DNA of 63,781 nt, filler included, from Octopus bimaculoides (lineage: Eukaryota): the NCBI RefSeq assembly GCF_001194135.2. It is 8 parts of 7 records of this genome, joined end to end, with 100 filler letters (N's around TTAATTAATTAA, not from the genome) between each part and the next. Parts side by side here need not be neighbours in the genome. Positions count along the whole stretch, not along the records: positions 11,958 to 27,942 come from NC_068982.1; 7 more parts are not named here. One strand, 5' to 3'. Of the stretch, positions 12,330 through 24,500 are shown in pieces. Position 1 is the first letter of the stretch. Each line of letters starts with the position of its first letter. The notes below the pieces were generated by a model that had not been told where the DNA came from, did no database searches, and saw only the letters and a program-made list of their open reading frames with translations. The position numbers were made by a program, and so were the translations under genes.

Positions 12330-12806
12330 TCTGCAAAATCTTTGTAAGCCTAGCGCTTATTCTATCGTTTTCTTTTACTGAACTGCTAAGTTACAGGGAC
12401 ATAAACACACCAGCATCAGTTGTCAAGTGATGGCGAGAGGAAAAACACACACACATACACACACACACACACATATACATATATAAATATTTTAATCATT
12501 TGATAAAACTTTTTTAGTTGTTGGATATTTTATTTTATCTTAGTCTATTAGTTTTTTGGTAGTATGGGACACCTTGGAATTTTTATGAATTTTTAGTCGT
12601 TTATATTTACCTTTTTGATAGGTCGTTCTATTTGTATTTCATTCGCATAGATATTTTTACCTTCTGTATTTTTATGTATATTTTGTGTATATTTTTTATG
12701 TGTTTAAGAACCATGGTGATATTTATATATTACAAAATGTTTGAGGTATGGTGTTATATATAAAATCATTGACTTGCATTTAATGTTTGTTCTATAACCA
12801 GTGTTT

Positions 12807-12840
<34 letters not shown>

Positions 12841-12995
12841 CAGGCTTCTTTCAGTTTCCACCTACTAAATCCACTCACAAGGCTTTGGTCAGCCTGAGGT
12901 TATAGTAGAAGACACTTGCCCAAAGTGCCACGCAGTGGGACTGAACCCAGAACCATGTGGAAGCAAGCTTCTTACTACACAGCCACGCCTTCATC
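12330..12995 (-). mobile_element. Two SINE fragments (12330-12450 and 12835-12995)
   Basis: Reverse complement of the full SINE at 55485-55795 (gtggctgtgtggtaagtagcttgctt...ccacatggttccgggttcagtcccactgcgtggcac). Confidence 0.8.
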
Positions 12996-13530
12996 TATAT
13001 ATGACATTGATTTAACTGATTAGGCTCTCCCCTAAAAACTGCTGGCCTTATGCCTAAAATAGAAACAATTTTGTACGTTTAAAACTTATTTGGAGATGCA
13101 TATACAATAGGGTACCTCACATTTCATGATGCATATCAGCGAAATGATTTTGTACCACACACTTTCCAAAATAAATATCTAAAACCTTCAAAGCTGAGGT
13201 TGCCCAATATCCAGTTATTTCCAATGGCTACCTCACATGTATGTAACAAACAAACCCAGTGGTGTAACTAGAGAGTGTCCATCACCTGGAATAACCCTTG
13301 AATTTGCTGACCCTCCAACAGGCTTCCAGATCTATTCAGACTTATATCACTGACCTAAATGTGCTGTCCCCCTCATACAAACATCATCCTTGGTGAATTG
13401 CACACCTTTGTCCCTCCCCTGAAGCTATGCTATAACTCCCACCACTTATAATTTGTTGGAAGGGAGCATTGTAGATTACAACCATTTCATTCCTGGTTCT
13501 TATTTTATCAACCCCAGTGGAATTTGAGTA

Positions 13531-13770
13531 TATAGTGGCGCGAAATTATGGCCGCCATTAAGGAAGTACAATCTACGCATGCGCAAGGGACTTGCCTTCT
13601 CGGAAGCCCCTCAAGTACGCATGCATAGTAAAACCAGTACTTAAAGCGTTTCTTTCATTTTCTAAACCTCTTCAGCATGATGCCTTCGGCGTAACAGCTC
13701 CTTGCTCCTCTGGCATGCATCAACGAGGCTCTTAACCTTCCCATGCCGATTATAAGACAACCAGCGGCTG
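13531..13770. mobile_element. Possible solo-LTR-like dispersed repeat
   Basis: GC-richer island starting tatagtggcgcg with paired gcatgcg motifs. A similar-looking island lies at 521-790. No coding support. Confidence 0.3.
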
Positions 13771-14866
13771 CTAAGCTGAATGACACAGGATTTTTAAAAC
13801 CAAGCATCACCAAAAATAAAACTTATTTTTATTATGTTGTTAATTGTTCTACTGTTTCCTTAATATATAATTTTGCTGAAAGGTGATAGAGAGAGACTAA
13901 TGTCTCTATTGCAACTATCAACCTTTTACAAGTACAAGAATGTAAAGTGGTGTAACTTAATACCACAGAAGACATTCGCCTGACTCCTTAGAGACTGAGC
14001 CACTTTTTAACCCTTGCATATATTAGCATTCCTGAAACTGCATCCCAAAAACTATGTTCTATTATCAGTGTTAGAAAATACTTCAGTTCTGATCACTTGC
14101 TTGTAAAATACAAAGTTCATTTGAAGCTTATATCAGAATATTTATCAGATATGGACACAGGACATAAAACTCACTGTAGGCCATCAGATCTTTTGTATGG
14201 ACCACTGGTGAGTGGGTAGGGTCCACCTGGATCACAGTGAGTATTAATCACTTCTCTAAAGCATATTACAATTATCTGCTTGTATAGTTTGCTGTTTCTA
14301 ATTCACTATGTTTGCACATATGTTCATGTGTAGGGCACTGCCCAGGGACTGTAGATGAACTGTAGACAAGAACTTCACTGCAGGCTAGCTAGTGTACTGG
14401 TCAGCAGAAAAAAGTACTTCCTGATTGGCAGAAAACACGACAGGGTTTCCACCAATAGATTGAAACTGGCCCATCTCCATATTGACAGCCTCAGCAAAGG
14501 GCTCAAACACCAAACAAAGGCTGACCTAGGTAAATCACACCAGCCCCAGACTACAAACAGTCGCCAAACAGCCGAATAACCACACACACAGGCAGGGTGG
14601 TTAAAACACCCTCCCAGTTCCAATGACAGTCAACAGTTTTGGCAGGGAGCTATATGTAGGGCACTGCCCAAGGACAGTAGATGAACTGTAGACAGGAACT
14701 TCACCGTGGGCTAGCTAGTGTATTGGTCAGTAGAGAAAGGGGTTTCCAGTTAGGAACGGAAAGGAAATGGTGATGTTGGATGGTTGAAGGTATTTGCCCT
14801 CACAATATAAATACACCAACACACTCTTGTTAGTAGTCGTTTTTTATGTTTAGCATAACAAAGTTA

Positions 14867-15708
14867 TACATGTATGTATAAGTATCTGGACTGTTGCCAT
14901 AGTAATGAAGCTAAAGCACTCATTGACCTTGAACTCTACTGTGCACGTGCACTAACTTTTAACATTCTAGCTCACTTCTGCTGCTTACAGCAGTGCTTGG
15001 AAGGAACGTGTGTAGCATGTGATCGTCGCATTGACAATGACAGAGAAAGTTACCATGGTGGTCCCTGCTCAGAGACCTATGCAATGTTGCAGAAAGTATG
15101 GTGAGGAGTGTATGAGCCACATGCAAGTGTATGAGTGGTTCAGATGTTTCCAAGATGGCCGGAAACTGTTGATATTGATGAATGTTTTGGGAGACCCGCA
15201 ACCAGCAGAACAAAGAGAAACATCACAGATGGACATGCAGCTGTGAGGGGAAATCATTGAATCATCATCCATAAGTTATCAAAGGATGTGCAGGTTAGTT
15301 ATGGTTCAGTTCAGTCCATTATCACTGAAGATTTGGGTATGCGACACATATCTGTTAAGTTTATGCCAAAATTGCTTTCAGCTGACCAAAAAGACACTTG
15401 GGTTTCGGTTGCACAAGATCTTGATTGTGTTAAGAGCAATGATAACTTTTTGAAAACTTTGCATATGCCTCTGTGCAGGTATCGCCAAGCTTTTGGCAAA
15501 ATTTGATACAGATTCTCTGGTCAACTTTCTCTGTGATGGGCAATGTGCTAATCACATACTACACACCTTCCTTCCAAGCACTGCTGTAAACAGCAGAAGT
15601 GAGCTGGAATGTTAAAACAAGGTCAATCTGTGCCAAGCAGCTTCACTCTCTCTGCTTTAGCTTCGTTACTATGGCAACAGTCCGGATACTTATTGATCAG
15701 ACCACGTA
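14867..15708 (+). mobile_element. Internally deleted mariner (long-TIR non-autonomous element) retaining the HTH-coding region
   Basis: About 170-bp inverted arms (ataagtatctggactgttgccatagtaatgaagctaaagc / gctttagcttcgttactatggcaacagtccggatacttat), right end cacg|TA, and mariner N-terminus ETYAMLQKV...VYEWFRCFQDGR...EDLGMRHISVKFMPKLLSADQK. Confidence 0.88.
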
Positions 15709-16289
15709 TATGTTTGTGTGAGTGTAAGGACTTGAATATATACACATATGTATATGTGAGCCATGTGAAAAACACTGGTACTGCTGCCACATAAAAAGTG
15801 CTGGTGCTATGTAAAAAGCATCCAGTACACTCTGTAAAGTGATTGGCATGAGGAAGGTAATCCAACTGTAGAAACACACAAGTGTGTGTTTATAATGTAT
15901 TTGAACATGCATACATGTGCATACACACCACAAGTAACAAAATAAGTATAAAAAGCTAAGACATCAAGATAAGATAGTTCAAAGTGTCATCACAAGTACA
16001 TTATGTGACATAATTTAAGCTCTTTAATTATCTGATAACATATTTCAACAAACACAATGGAAGTGATAGGTAGTGGCTCTCGTGACTTCTGATCTGAACT
16101 GATTGGAAGTGCAAACATGTATATGTTTTGAAGTAGAATAATACTACTGTTAGTTAGACTTAGGAAGCTGCACTGCTTCCTGTCGGCCTTGACACATTTC
16201 CTGTGTCCTTATGTTTACAAAGGAGAGACAAGCACCTCCACCCAGTTAAGCCTGCATCATCATCATTGTTTAATGTCCACCTTCCAAGC

Positions 16290-16685
16290 TGACATGGTTA
16301 TATATATGAGCCTTATGGAGACAGTTCTTTTCAAGTGTTGGGCCTCTTGGAAGCAATGACCTAGACTTATGGCATTATGTGGTGCTTAAGAAGAAGACCG
16401 ATCAAGCCGATCAAATTGCAGTCATGGAAGAAACTGATGTCATGTAAATTGGCACCCATGCTGGTGGCACATAAAAGCCCCTTGGTGTCACACAAATGGC
16501 ACCAGTGCCGGTGGTATGTAAATGCACCCATTGCATGCTCAGTGTGGTTGGCATTAGGAAGGGCATCCAGCTGTAGAACACCATACCAAATCAGACTGGA
16601 GCCTGGTGCAGCCTTCCAGTATGCCAGCTCAGTCAAACTGTTCAACCCATGGACAGTGAACGTTAAATGATGATGATGATGATGA
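16290..16685 (+). mobile_element. RTE LINE 3' end with (ATG)n tail
   Basis: Ends ...DLWHYVVLKKKT, followed by the same 3' UTR as 21071-21497 and a (gat)n tail. Confidence 0.75.
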
Positions 16686-17639
16686 TATATATATATATAN
16701 NNNNNNNNNNNNNNNNNNNNNNNNNNNNNNNNNNNNNNNNNNNNNNNNNNNNNNNNNNNNNNNNNNNNNNNNNNNNNNNNNNNNNNNNNNNNNNNNNNNN
16801 NNNNNNNNNNNNNNNNNNNNNNNNNNNNNNNNNNNNNNNNNNNNNNNNNNNNNNNNNNNNNNNNNNNNNNNNNNNNNNNNNNNNNNNNNNNNNNNNNNNN
16901 NNNNNNNNNNNNNNNNNNNNNNNNNNNNNNNNNNNNNNNNNNNNNNNNNNNNNNNNNNNNNNNNNNNNNNNNNNNNNNNNNNNNNNNNNNNNNNNNNNNN
17001 NNNNNNNNNNNNNNNNNNNNNNNNNNNNNNNNNNNNNNNNNNNNNNNNNNNNNNNNNNNNNNNNNNNNNNNNNNNNNNNNNNNNNNNNNNNNNNNNNNNN
17101 NNNNNNNNNNNNNNNNNNNNNNNNNNNNNNNNNNNNNNNNNNNNNNNNNNNNNNNNNNNNNNNNNNNNNNNNNNNNNNNNNNNNNNNNNNNNNNNNNNNN
17201 NNNNNNNNNNNNNNNNNNNNNNNNNNNNNNNNNNNNNNNNNNNNNNNNNNNNNNNNNNNNNNNNNNNNNNNNNNNNNNNNNNNNNNNNNNNNNNNNNNNN
17301 NNNNNNNNNNNNNNNNNNNNNNNNNNNNNNNNNNNNNNNNNNNNNNNNNNNNNNNNNNNNNNNNNNNNNNNNNNNNNNNNNNNNNNNNNNNNNNNNNNNN
17401 NNNNNNNNNNNNNNNNNNNNNNNNNNNNNNNNNNNNNNNNNNNNNNNNTTGCTCGACTAAAGGCGGTGCTCCAGCATGGCCACAGTGAAAGTACAGAAAC
17501 AAATAAAAAGAAGGAAAGATGCAATATAGCATATAATACATTCAGAGAAGATAAATAAAAGACTGGGGGGTGGGGGGTGGGGGAATTAATAAAAATAAAA
17601 ATACATTTGAATGACACCACTAGATGGTTAGGTGAGTAG

Positions 17640-17790
17640 GCTAACTTTTCCCTCTGACTGACATGGGGACTGTAGCAATGTGAAATGAAGCGTTGTGCTC
17701 AAGAATACAATGCATTGCCCAGCCTGGGAATCAAACCTATGCTCTAGCAATTGTGAGTGCAACAGCTTAACCACTAGGTCACACATCTTC
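17640..17790 (-). mobile_element. tRNA-derived SINE head
   Basis: Minus strand gacctagtggttaag (A-box-like) ... ggtttgattccc (B-box-like) ... ttcttgagcacaacgcttcatttcac. Confidence 0.75.
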
Positions 17791-17844
17791 ACAAAAAAAA
17801 ACATAAAGATGGAACTAGATATAAGTAGATATTTAAATACATAC

Positions 17845-17930
17845 ACTATGCAAATTATTGTTCCTGTTGACAGGACAAAAGTGTTTTTTCTTGTCCAGTG
17901 ACAAAAGTGTTTACTCTGCAGTTGAAATTT
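17845..17930 (-). CDS. M6PR-like: Exon of an MRH-domain (CD-MPR/ATG27-like) receptor: end of MRH domain + start of TM helix
   Basis: Acceptor ctcttattttcag|; 86 nt KFQLQSKHFCHWTRKNTFVLSTGTIICI+GT; donor |gtatgt. Phase 0 entry matches the previous exon. LSTGTIICI resembles the LSVGSILLV TM start of CD-MPR. Confidence 0.8.
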
Positions 17931-18249
17931 CTGAAAATAAGAGTTAAAAAATTAGTGGGATTTATATAAAACAAAAGAAAAACTAATTATATAAAAATAA
18001 AAAGAACCAAAAAGAAAAATCTAAGGTAAGATAATTGGTGATTGTTATTATTTAAGACAGGGGTCGTAATTGCACTTGGGAGACAGGTAAATTTATACAA
18101 AATCATGAGTTAAAATAGTAAGATAAAATAGGTATAATGTTGGTTATGTGTTCATGAATTTAAATATTTACAAACACCAAAATTGTGTATTATATTCAGG
18201 CATGGTTTGTATTTTTCAATAAATATATTTTCTTTATTTATCTGTTCTT

Positions 18250-18800
18250 GTATAGAAATTGTTTCCTTGCATTAGTAGATGGTTGGAGATTCTCTGCACA
18301 TCTACCAAAGTGTTCATTCAACGGTGTCTGTCTATGCCTTGGGAAATGGATCTGTTGCTTATGCAGTGTAGCTCTCCATCTGTGATGTCCTTGTTTGGCC
18401 TATATAATTGTGTCCACAACATGGTTAAGTTATCATATAAATTAAATTTTCAGATGCACAAATGAAATTGGTCTTAAATGTGAATCTTTGTCCATGTTTG
18501 AAATGGAATTCTGAATATATATATATATATAAGGATTTATTTTTTGCAATGAGATAAAAAACCCAAAGCTATTTCCAGGATATTTATTATATCCCTTCAT
18601 TGGAGACAGTGTGAGAGGATGGTTGAGCAATAGTTAATTTAGATAAGATAGGAAATAGAGAGTGAATGTAGGGATATTGTATTTGTAAATCTATTGTTTA
18701 GGCAGAATGGTATACATATAAGATTCCAATACCTTGTGAGTAAAATCCAACAGTCTTTAAGATTGGTCATTGCATTTGTAAATCCATTATTAACCTCTGG
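18250..18800 (-). mobile_element. Highly degraded non-LTR RT remnant
   Basis: PLTLSPMKGYNKYPG resembles the GYKYLG motif; many stops. Confidence 0.3.
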
Positions 18801-18831
18801 GTCTAATTGACACCACTACCGCTCATAACCT

Positions 18832-18869
<38 letters not shown>

Positions 18870-18873
<4 letters not shown>

Positions 18874-20260
18874 TCATCATCATCATCATCATCATTGCTT
18901 AATGTCAGCTTTCCATTCTGGCATGGGTTGGATAGTTTGACTGAAGGCTGGTGAAACAGAAGGCTGCACCAAAATCCAATCTGATCTGGCAAAGTTTCTA
19001 CAACTGTATGCCCTTCTTAACGCCAACCACTCCAAGAGTGCAGTGGGTGATTTTACATGCCACTGGCATGAGGGCCAGTCAGGCGGTACTGGCATTCACC
19101 ACGCTCAAATGGTGCTTTTTATATTCCACCTGCACAGGAGCCACTCCAGCAGCACTGGCAATGACCACGCTTGAATGGTGTTTTTTATGTGCCACTAGCA
19201 CAGGAGCCAGTCAGGCGACGATGGCAGCAATCACGCTTGAATGGTGCTTTTTACGGACCACCAGTATGGGAGCCAGTCAGCGGCCCTGGCAATGATCATG
19301 TTCAAACGGTGCTTTTAACATTCTAGGGCCACAGATGCCAATCAGGCAGTACACGATAATGGTTTCAATTTCACATGCCTCAACAGGTCTTCGCAAGCAC
19401 ATTTTATTGCCGAATGATTGAAGGGGACTCTTAAATGGGTTGGTTATACAACACTGACATAGGCCACGGGTTATGGTCTCACTTGGCTTACCGGGTCTTC
19501 TCAAACACAGCATATCTCCAAAGGTCTCGGTCACTAGTCATTGCCTCGGTGAGGCCCAATGTTTGAAGGTCGTGCTTTACAACCTTATCCCAGGTTTTCC
19601 AGGCTTTACCTCTTCCACAGGTTCCCTCAACTGCTAGGGTGTGACACTTTTTCACGCAGCTGTCTTTATCCATTTGCAATACATGACCATACCAGCACAG
19701 TCGTCTCTTTTGCACACCACATCTGATGCTTCTTAGGTCCAACTTTTCTCTCAAGGCACTTACACTCTGTCCTGTAGGCACACTCACATTACACATCCAA
19801 CGGGGCATACTGGCTTCATTCCTTGTAAGCTTACAAACGTCTTCAGCAGTCACGGCCCATGTTTCACTGACATGTAGCATGGCTGTTTGCACACTTGCGT
19901 CATATAGTCTACCTTTGACTCTGAGCGAGAGGCCCTTTGTCACCAGCAGAGGTAGGAGTTCTCTGAACTTTGCCCAGGCTATTCTTATTCTAGCAGCTAC
20001 ACTCTCAGAGCATTCACCCCCACTACTGACTTGGTCACCTAGGTAACGGAAGCTATCAACTACTTATAGTTTTTCCCCTTGGAATGTGACAGAAGTTGTT
20101 CTCTGCACATTTTCAGTGTTTATTGCTCCTGAGCATTTGTCACACACAAAAACTATCTTCCAAGTTAGCCTTCCTTTGATAATGCTGCACCTCTTATGTG
20201 ACCATAGCTTACACTGGGTACAAACTGTTACTCAGAGTTTCATGTGATCATTTATCAGTC
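18870..20260 (-). mobile_element. RTE-clade LINE, 5'-truncated, with tandem-repeat 3' UTR and (ATG)n tail
   Basis: VDSFRYLGDQ, AWAKFRELLPLL, ORF 19488-19943 LYDASVQTAMLHVSETW...DRDLWRYAVFEKTR; (CAT)n at 18871-18895 on the plus strand. Confidence 0.92.
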
Positions 20261-20484
20261 AGTTATGATAAGGTTATCACAGCTGTCTGATGAATGGTCA
20301 CATGAAATTCTGAGTAACAGTTTGTGAAGGTTTTTTCAGTCTCTTAATGAAGTAGTATATTCCTCTATTTCTGGTATTTGTGTTCTATTTTGTTCACCTT
20401 GTTTTGCATGTATGTGGTTGCTTGTGTGTGTGTGTGTGTGTGTGCATTTAATCAAAAATGTTGGAGTGAACAAGAAGAGTATGG

Positions 20485-20563
20485 TTGGACATTTATTTGC
20501 AATCGCTAGAATTGTTTCTACACAATGTAGAAACAATTGTAGTGACTGCAAATAAATGTCCAA
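20485..20563. repeat. 38-bp-arm hairpin with 3-nt loop
   Basis: ttggacatttatttgcaatcgctagaattgtttctaca-caa-tgtagaaacaattgtagtgactgcaaataaatgtccaa; 3 mismatches. Confidence 0.9.
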
Positions 20564-21070
20564 TAATAAATGTACTCCTTCTTGTTGATTCCAATTTCTT
20601 TTAGTTATCTATTCACACACTACAGAAGCCCAAACTCAAAACTGTTAATATGTAGAATACTACTAGTGTACAGCATGATGAAATCTGAAGGTAAATGAGC
20701 TTTATACTGTACTCTGCTATGTTTGCAATGGAATATATCATAATTAGAGGTACGCCATTGCCTACTGGCAGCCCCCCCCCACACACACACAACTGACGTG
20801 CGGGCTGGGATGTTGGATCGCCTCTGCAACTCAGTGTCAGGGAGGGGGGAATCACAAGGAGGAGTCGATTGAGGTTGGTGCTCTCAGACGCTTAGCCTCT
20901 CCGGCGTGCAGGTTGCTTTCGAGGTAGACCCTACTCAAGCGCAGCAGGGAACCCCAATGTGGAAAATTGGCCACACATCAGGGCCCCTATATATGTGTGT
21001 GTGTGTGTGTGTGTGTNNNNNNNNNNNNNNNNNNNNNNNNNNNNNNNNNNNNNNNNNNNNNNNNNNNNNN

Positions 21071-21497
21071 NAACCATCCCATTTAAGAGTACTCTTCAAT
21101 CATTGGGCAATAAAATGCACTTGCAAAGACCCATTGAGGCAAGTGAATTCATTGTCATGGCCGACGACAGTACTGCCTGATTGGCGCCCATGCTGGTGGC
21201 ACATAAAAGGCACCATTTGAGCGTGGTCGATGCCAGTGCTGCCTGACTGGCTCCCATGCCAGTGGCACATAAAAAGCACCAATCTAGTGTGGCCGATGCC
21301 AGTACCGCCTCACTAGCCCTCATGCTGGTGGCACGTAAAAAGCACCCACCACACTCTTGGAGTGATTGATGTTAGGAAGGGCCGGATTGGAGCTTGGGGC
21401 AGCCTTCTGGCTTGCCAGCCCTCAGTCAAACCGTCCAACCCATCCCAGCATGGAAAATGGACGTTAAACAATGACGTCGACGACGATGCTGATGATG
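21071..21497 (+). mobile_element. RTE 3' UTR copy (same family as 18870-19400, opposite orientation)
   Basis: Collinear match to the reverse complement of 18890-19400, including the about 65-bp tandem units and the tail. Confidence 0.85.
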
Positions 21498-21609
21498 GTA
21501 TATATTAATGACATTTAGGAACATGGCATTTTGCCATGCAACCATAATATGCTATAATGCATACTAAGTGTTTTTATACTACTAAGTATAAAATTAATAA
21601 ACACATATA

Positions 21610-22880
21610 TGTGACACGGGATGAATTTGTGAGGACCAATCTCAGGATGTTGAGCCTCACAGAAGAAGTGACAATAGGCTGAGATGTCTGGCGATATGAG
21701 GTTCTTGAGAAGACCCACCCACGTCAGTGAAACTGAGTTCTAAAAGCGCTGTGTGTCTCACCCACATATGACAAGAAACCATCTCACACACTCTACCATA
21801 ACAAACCAAACTACATCTCACTTTGCTTCCTCACATTTCCACTTCATGCATTATGCTTACCTCCCACTCCCCAATCCTGTCCTCTTGGCCCTGTCTCACA
21901 GTGTCATTGCTATCCTCTAGCCCCTGACCTGAGTGTGCCATCCACATGTAACAAAAAAACTTTTCGCACACCCTACCTCAACAACCCCACCTGCATCTTC
22001 ATATCTCTTCTCTTCCTCACCTTTCCTCCTTCATACACTATGCCTACCTCTCACTCCCCAATCCTGTCCTCACAGCCATGTTTTTCTGAATCATTGCTAT
22101 CCGGTAGCCCCCTCACCCCCACTCTATATATCCAAGTTTTCACCACTCCCTTTCCTCACTCTCTAATCATGCTTCTTTGGCAATATCGTACCGCTTATAT
22201 TATGATCTTTGAACCTCAAGGTGATGCCCTGGTACTAGCCATCATCTATATCTCTCTCTGTCTTTACTCAACCATCCCATTTATATTCTGATCCCTGTCT
22301 CTTGGGAGTATTTCCAGCACTTTGCAATCCTGATATCTCCCACATTCTCCCTCCTTTTCCTGCACTTCCCTCAGGCTGGGTAACCATGAACCCCCTTTGT
22401 GGCAGCACACCTGCTTCTCCCTTCATTCTTTCTCTCTCTCTCTCTCTCTGACCAGGTAACCTTGTACCTCCTCTACAGCAAGATACCAGTGTTTTTCTCT
22501 GTCTCATTATAACCTTTCATTATCTAACACAGGATCACCTCCTCCAATGCCTCCCCCCCTCTCAAAAGAGTTTTGTCTTGCAGGATTCTTGGTGACCCTG
22601 TCAGTGCAGGTACCACTTAAAAAGCATCCAGTCCACACTATAAAGTGGTTGGCATTTGGAAGGACATCCAGCTATAAAAACCTTGCCAAAACTGACCTCA
22701 CCTATGCTTGTGCCATGTAAAAAGCCCTAATTCCACACTGCTGAGTGGTTGGTGTTAGGAAGGGCATCCAGCTATAAAAGTCTGGTGCAAGCTTCTGCCT
22801 GGTCAGTACCTGTCAAACTGACCTACCCATGCCAGTATGGAAAGTGGTCATTAAAAATGATGATGATGATGATGATGATA
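21610..22880 (+). mobile_element. RTE 3' end(s) with pyrimidine-rich duplicated UTR and (ATG)n tail
   Basis: Coding end ...WRYEVLEKTHPRQ*; about 186-bp-period duplication (21826-21927 / 22012-22114); UTR tail at 22590-22880. Confidence 0.7.
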
Positions 22881-22898
22881 TATACATACATACATACA

Positions 22899-22966
<68 letters not shown>

Positions 22967-24500
22967 AAGTATAAAGCTAATAAGCACACACACACACACA
23001 TATATATATTTGTTTGTTTGTGTGTGTGTATGTGCATCATCATCCTCATCATTTAGCACCTGTATTTGCGTGCTGACATCGATTGCATAGATTGAATGGT
23101 TTGACAGGAGCTGACAGATTAAATGATTAAATCTTGTACGTAAAGTGCAATTTTTATCTGTCAATCTGTCTGTTACCATCTTGCTGCCTACATAAGTGAA
23201 TCAATCTTGACAAAACTTTACATACAAGTTAAACTAACATCCAGTTCAATTACAGGCTAATTGGATTTCAATAAAAATCTATAATGGGCTCCCTAGTTGG
23301 GCTATTATTTGATAAAATGAGAAAGATGCAAAGAGTGTCAGTGTGAGGGAAATGTGGTGGCATAGTGAGTGTAGTTGATATCAGGGAAGGGGAAAACAGC
23401 ATTGTTTAAGTGACAAATATGGAGTGGCAGTGGGATGATAACTTTAATACAGCTGTCATTCATGGATATACACGTGACACTGCACACATACTTTCATAAA
23501 TACATAGATGCATGCATAGACACACACACACACACACGCAGATACACACACACTACATGCACACACATGCACTTACGCATAACTAACTTTTAAAATGCCA
23601 AAGAAGAGAAAGAAAGGTGGGTGTGAGGAATATGTAGCTTTAAGGAGAGATGGGGTAGGTGGCTATTCTGCTGTCCATTGCAAAAAAACACTCACACACA
23701 GATACACACACACAGATACACACACACACACATACATACATACATACATACATGCATACATATATACATACATCTACTATACACAATTTTAAACTCATTA
23801 CTTGTGTGTACGTTTGTTAATGTGTGCGTGCATGCATGCATGTGTGCGCGCGTGTGTGTGTGTGACGTCCTATAGATGTCTGTCTTTCTACTTTTGTAGG
23901 GTCTTCCCTGTGCTGTTACATATTGTGAAATTTTAAAATTATATCAAAATTTTTAAATTTGATATATTGAAATAATTTTCTACATTAAATCCAATTTCGT
24001 TATTTATTTGTTCCAGAAAAACAGCAGGAAAATATTATTGAGGTTTAAAGTTTAATCAACTTTACCTAATCAGAAAACAAGATTCGGAAGCTAGCATTAG
24101 CTGTCTATCACAAAATGAAAGCAAAATCATTATGAGGAGGAATTTTTATTAAACATACAAAAGCAAGACATCACGATGACCAAAGTTGTAAGAATTTCTG
24201 GAATTTTAATAAGTCGTAATGAATAAAGTCTTGTCAGATGGTAGAACAGACATGTAAATAATTTAAAAAGGAAAAAATCCTCAACAAAATTTTTTTGAGT
24301 AAAATTGCACAACCCTGGCCTGATCAAGAGGCTTATCTGTAGGGGAAGGCATGGTCTGAGATGGTATAAACAAAAATTTATGTAAGACATTCTATTGTAA
24401 AAATTGCCTGGCAATGACAGGCTCTTCAGCTAGTAAAAAATATAGAGAGAACAACAAAAATATGAAAGATTAGTCAATGAGAAAGAAACAAACTACTTAC

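Noticed and set aside
13760-13875. Strong minus-strand acceptor (tctctctctatcacctttcag|) as the missing TM/tail exon
   Set aside because: The phase-compatible frame stops after KIIY; no TM or IPN..FW-type tail in any frame.
24130-24430. ORF after a good acceptor 70 nt downstream of exon 24501
   Set aside because: The peptide lacks the MRH-closing Y-x-F...C motif, which exon 17845-17930 supplies in the right phase.
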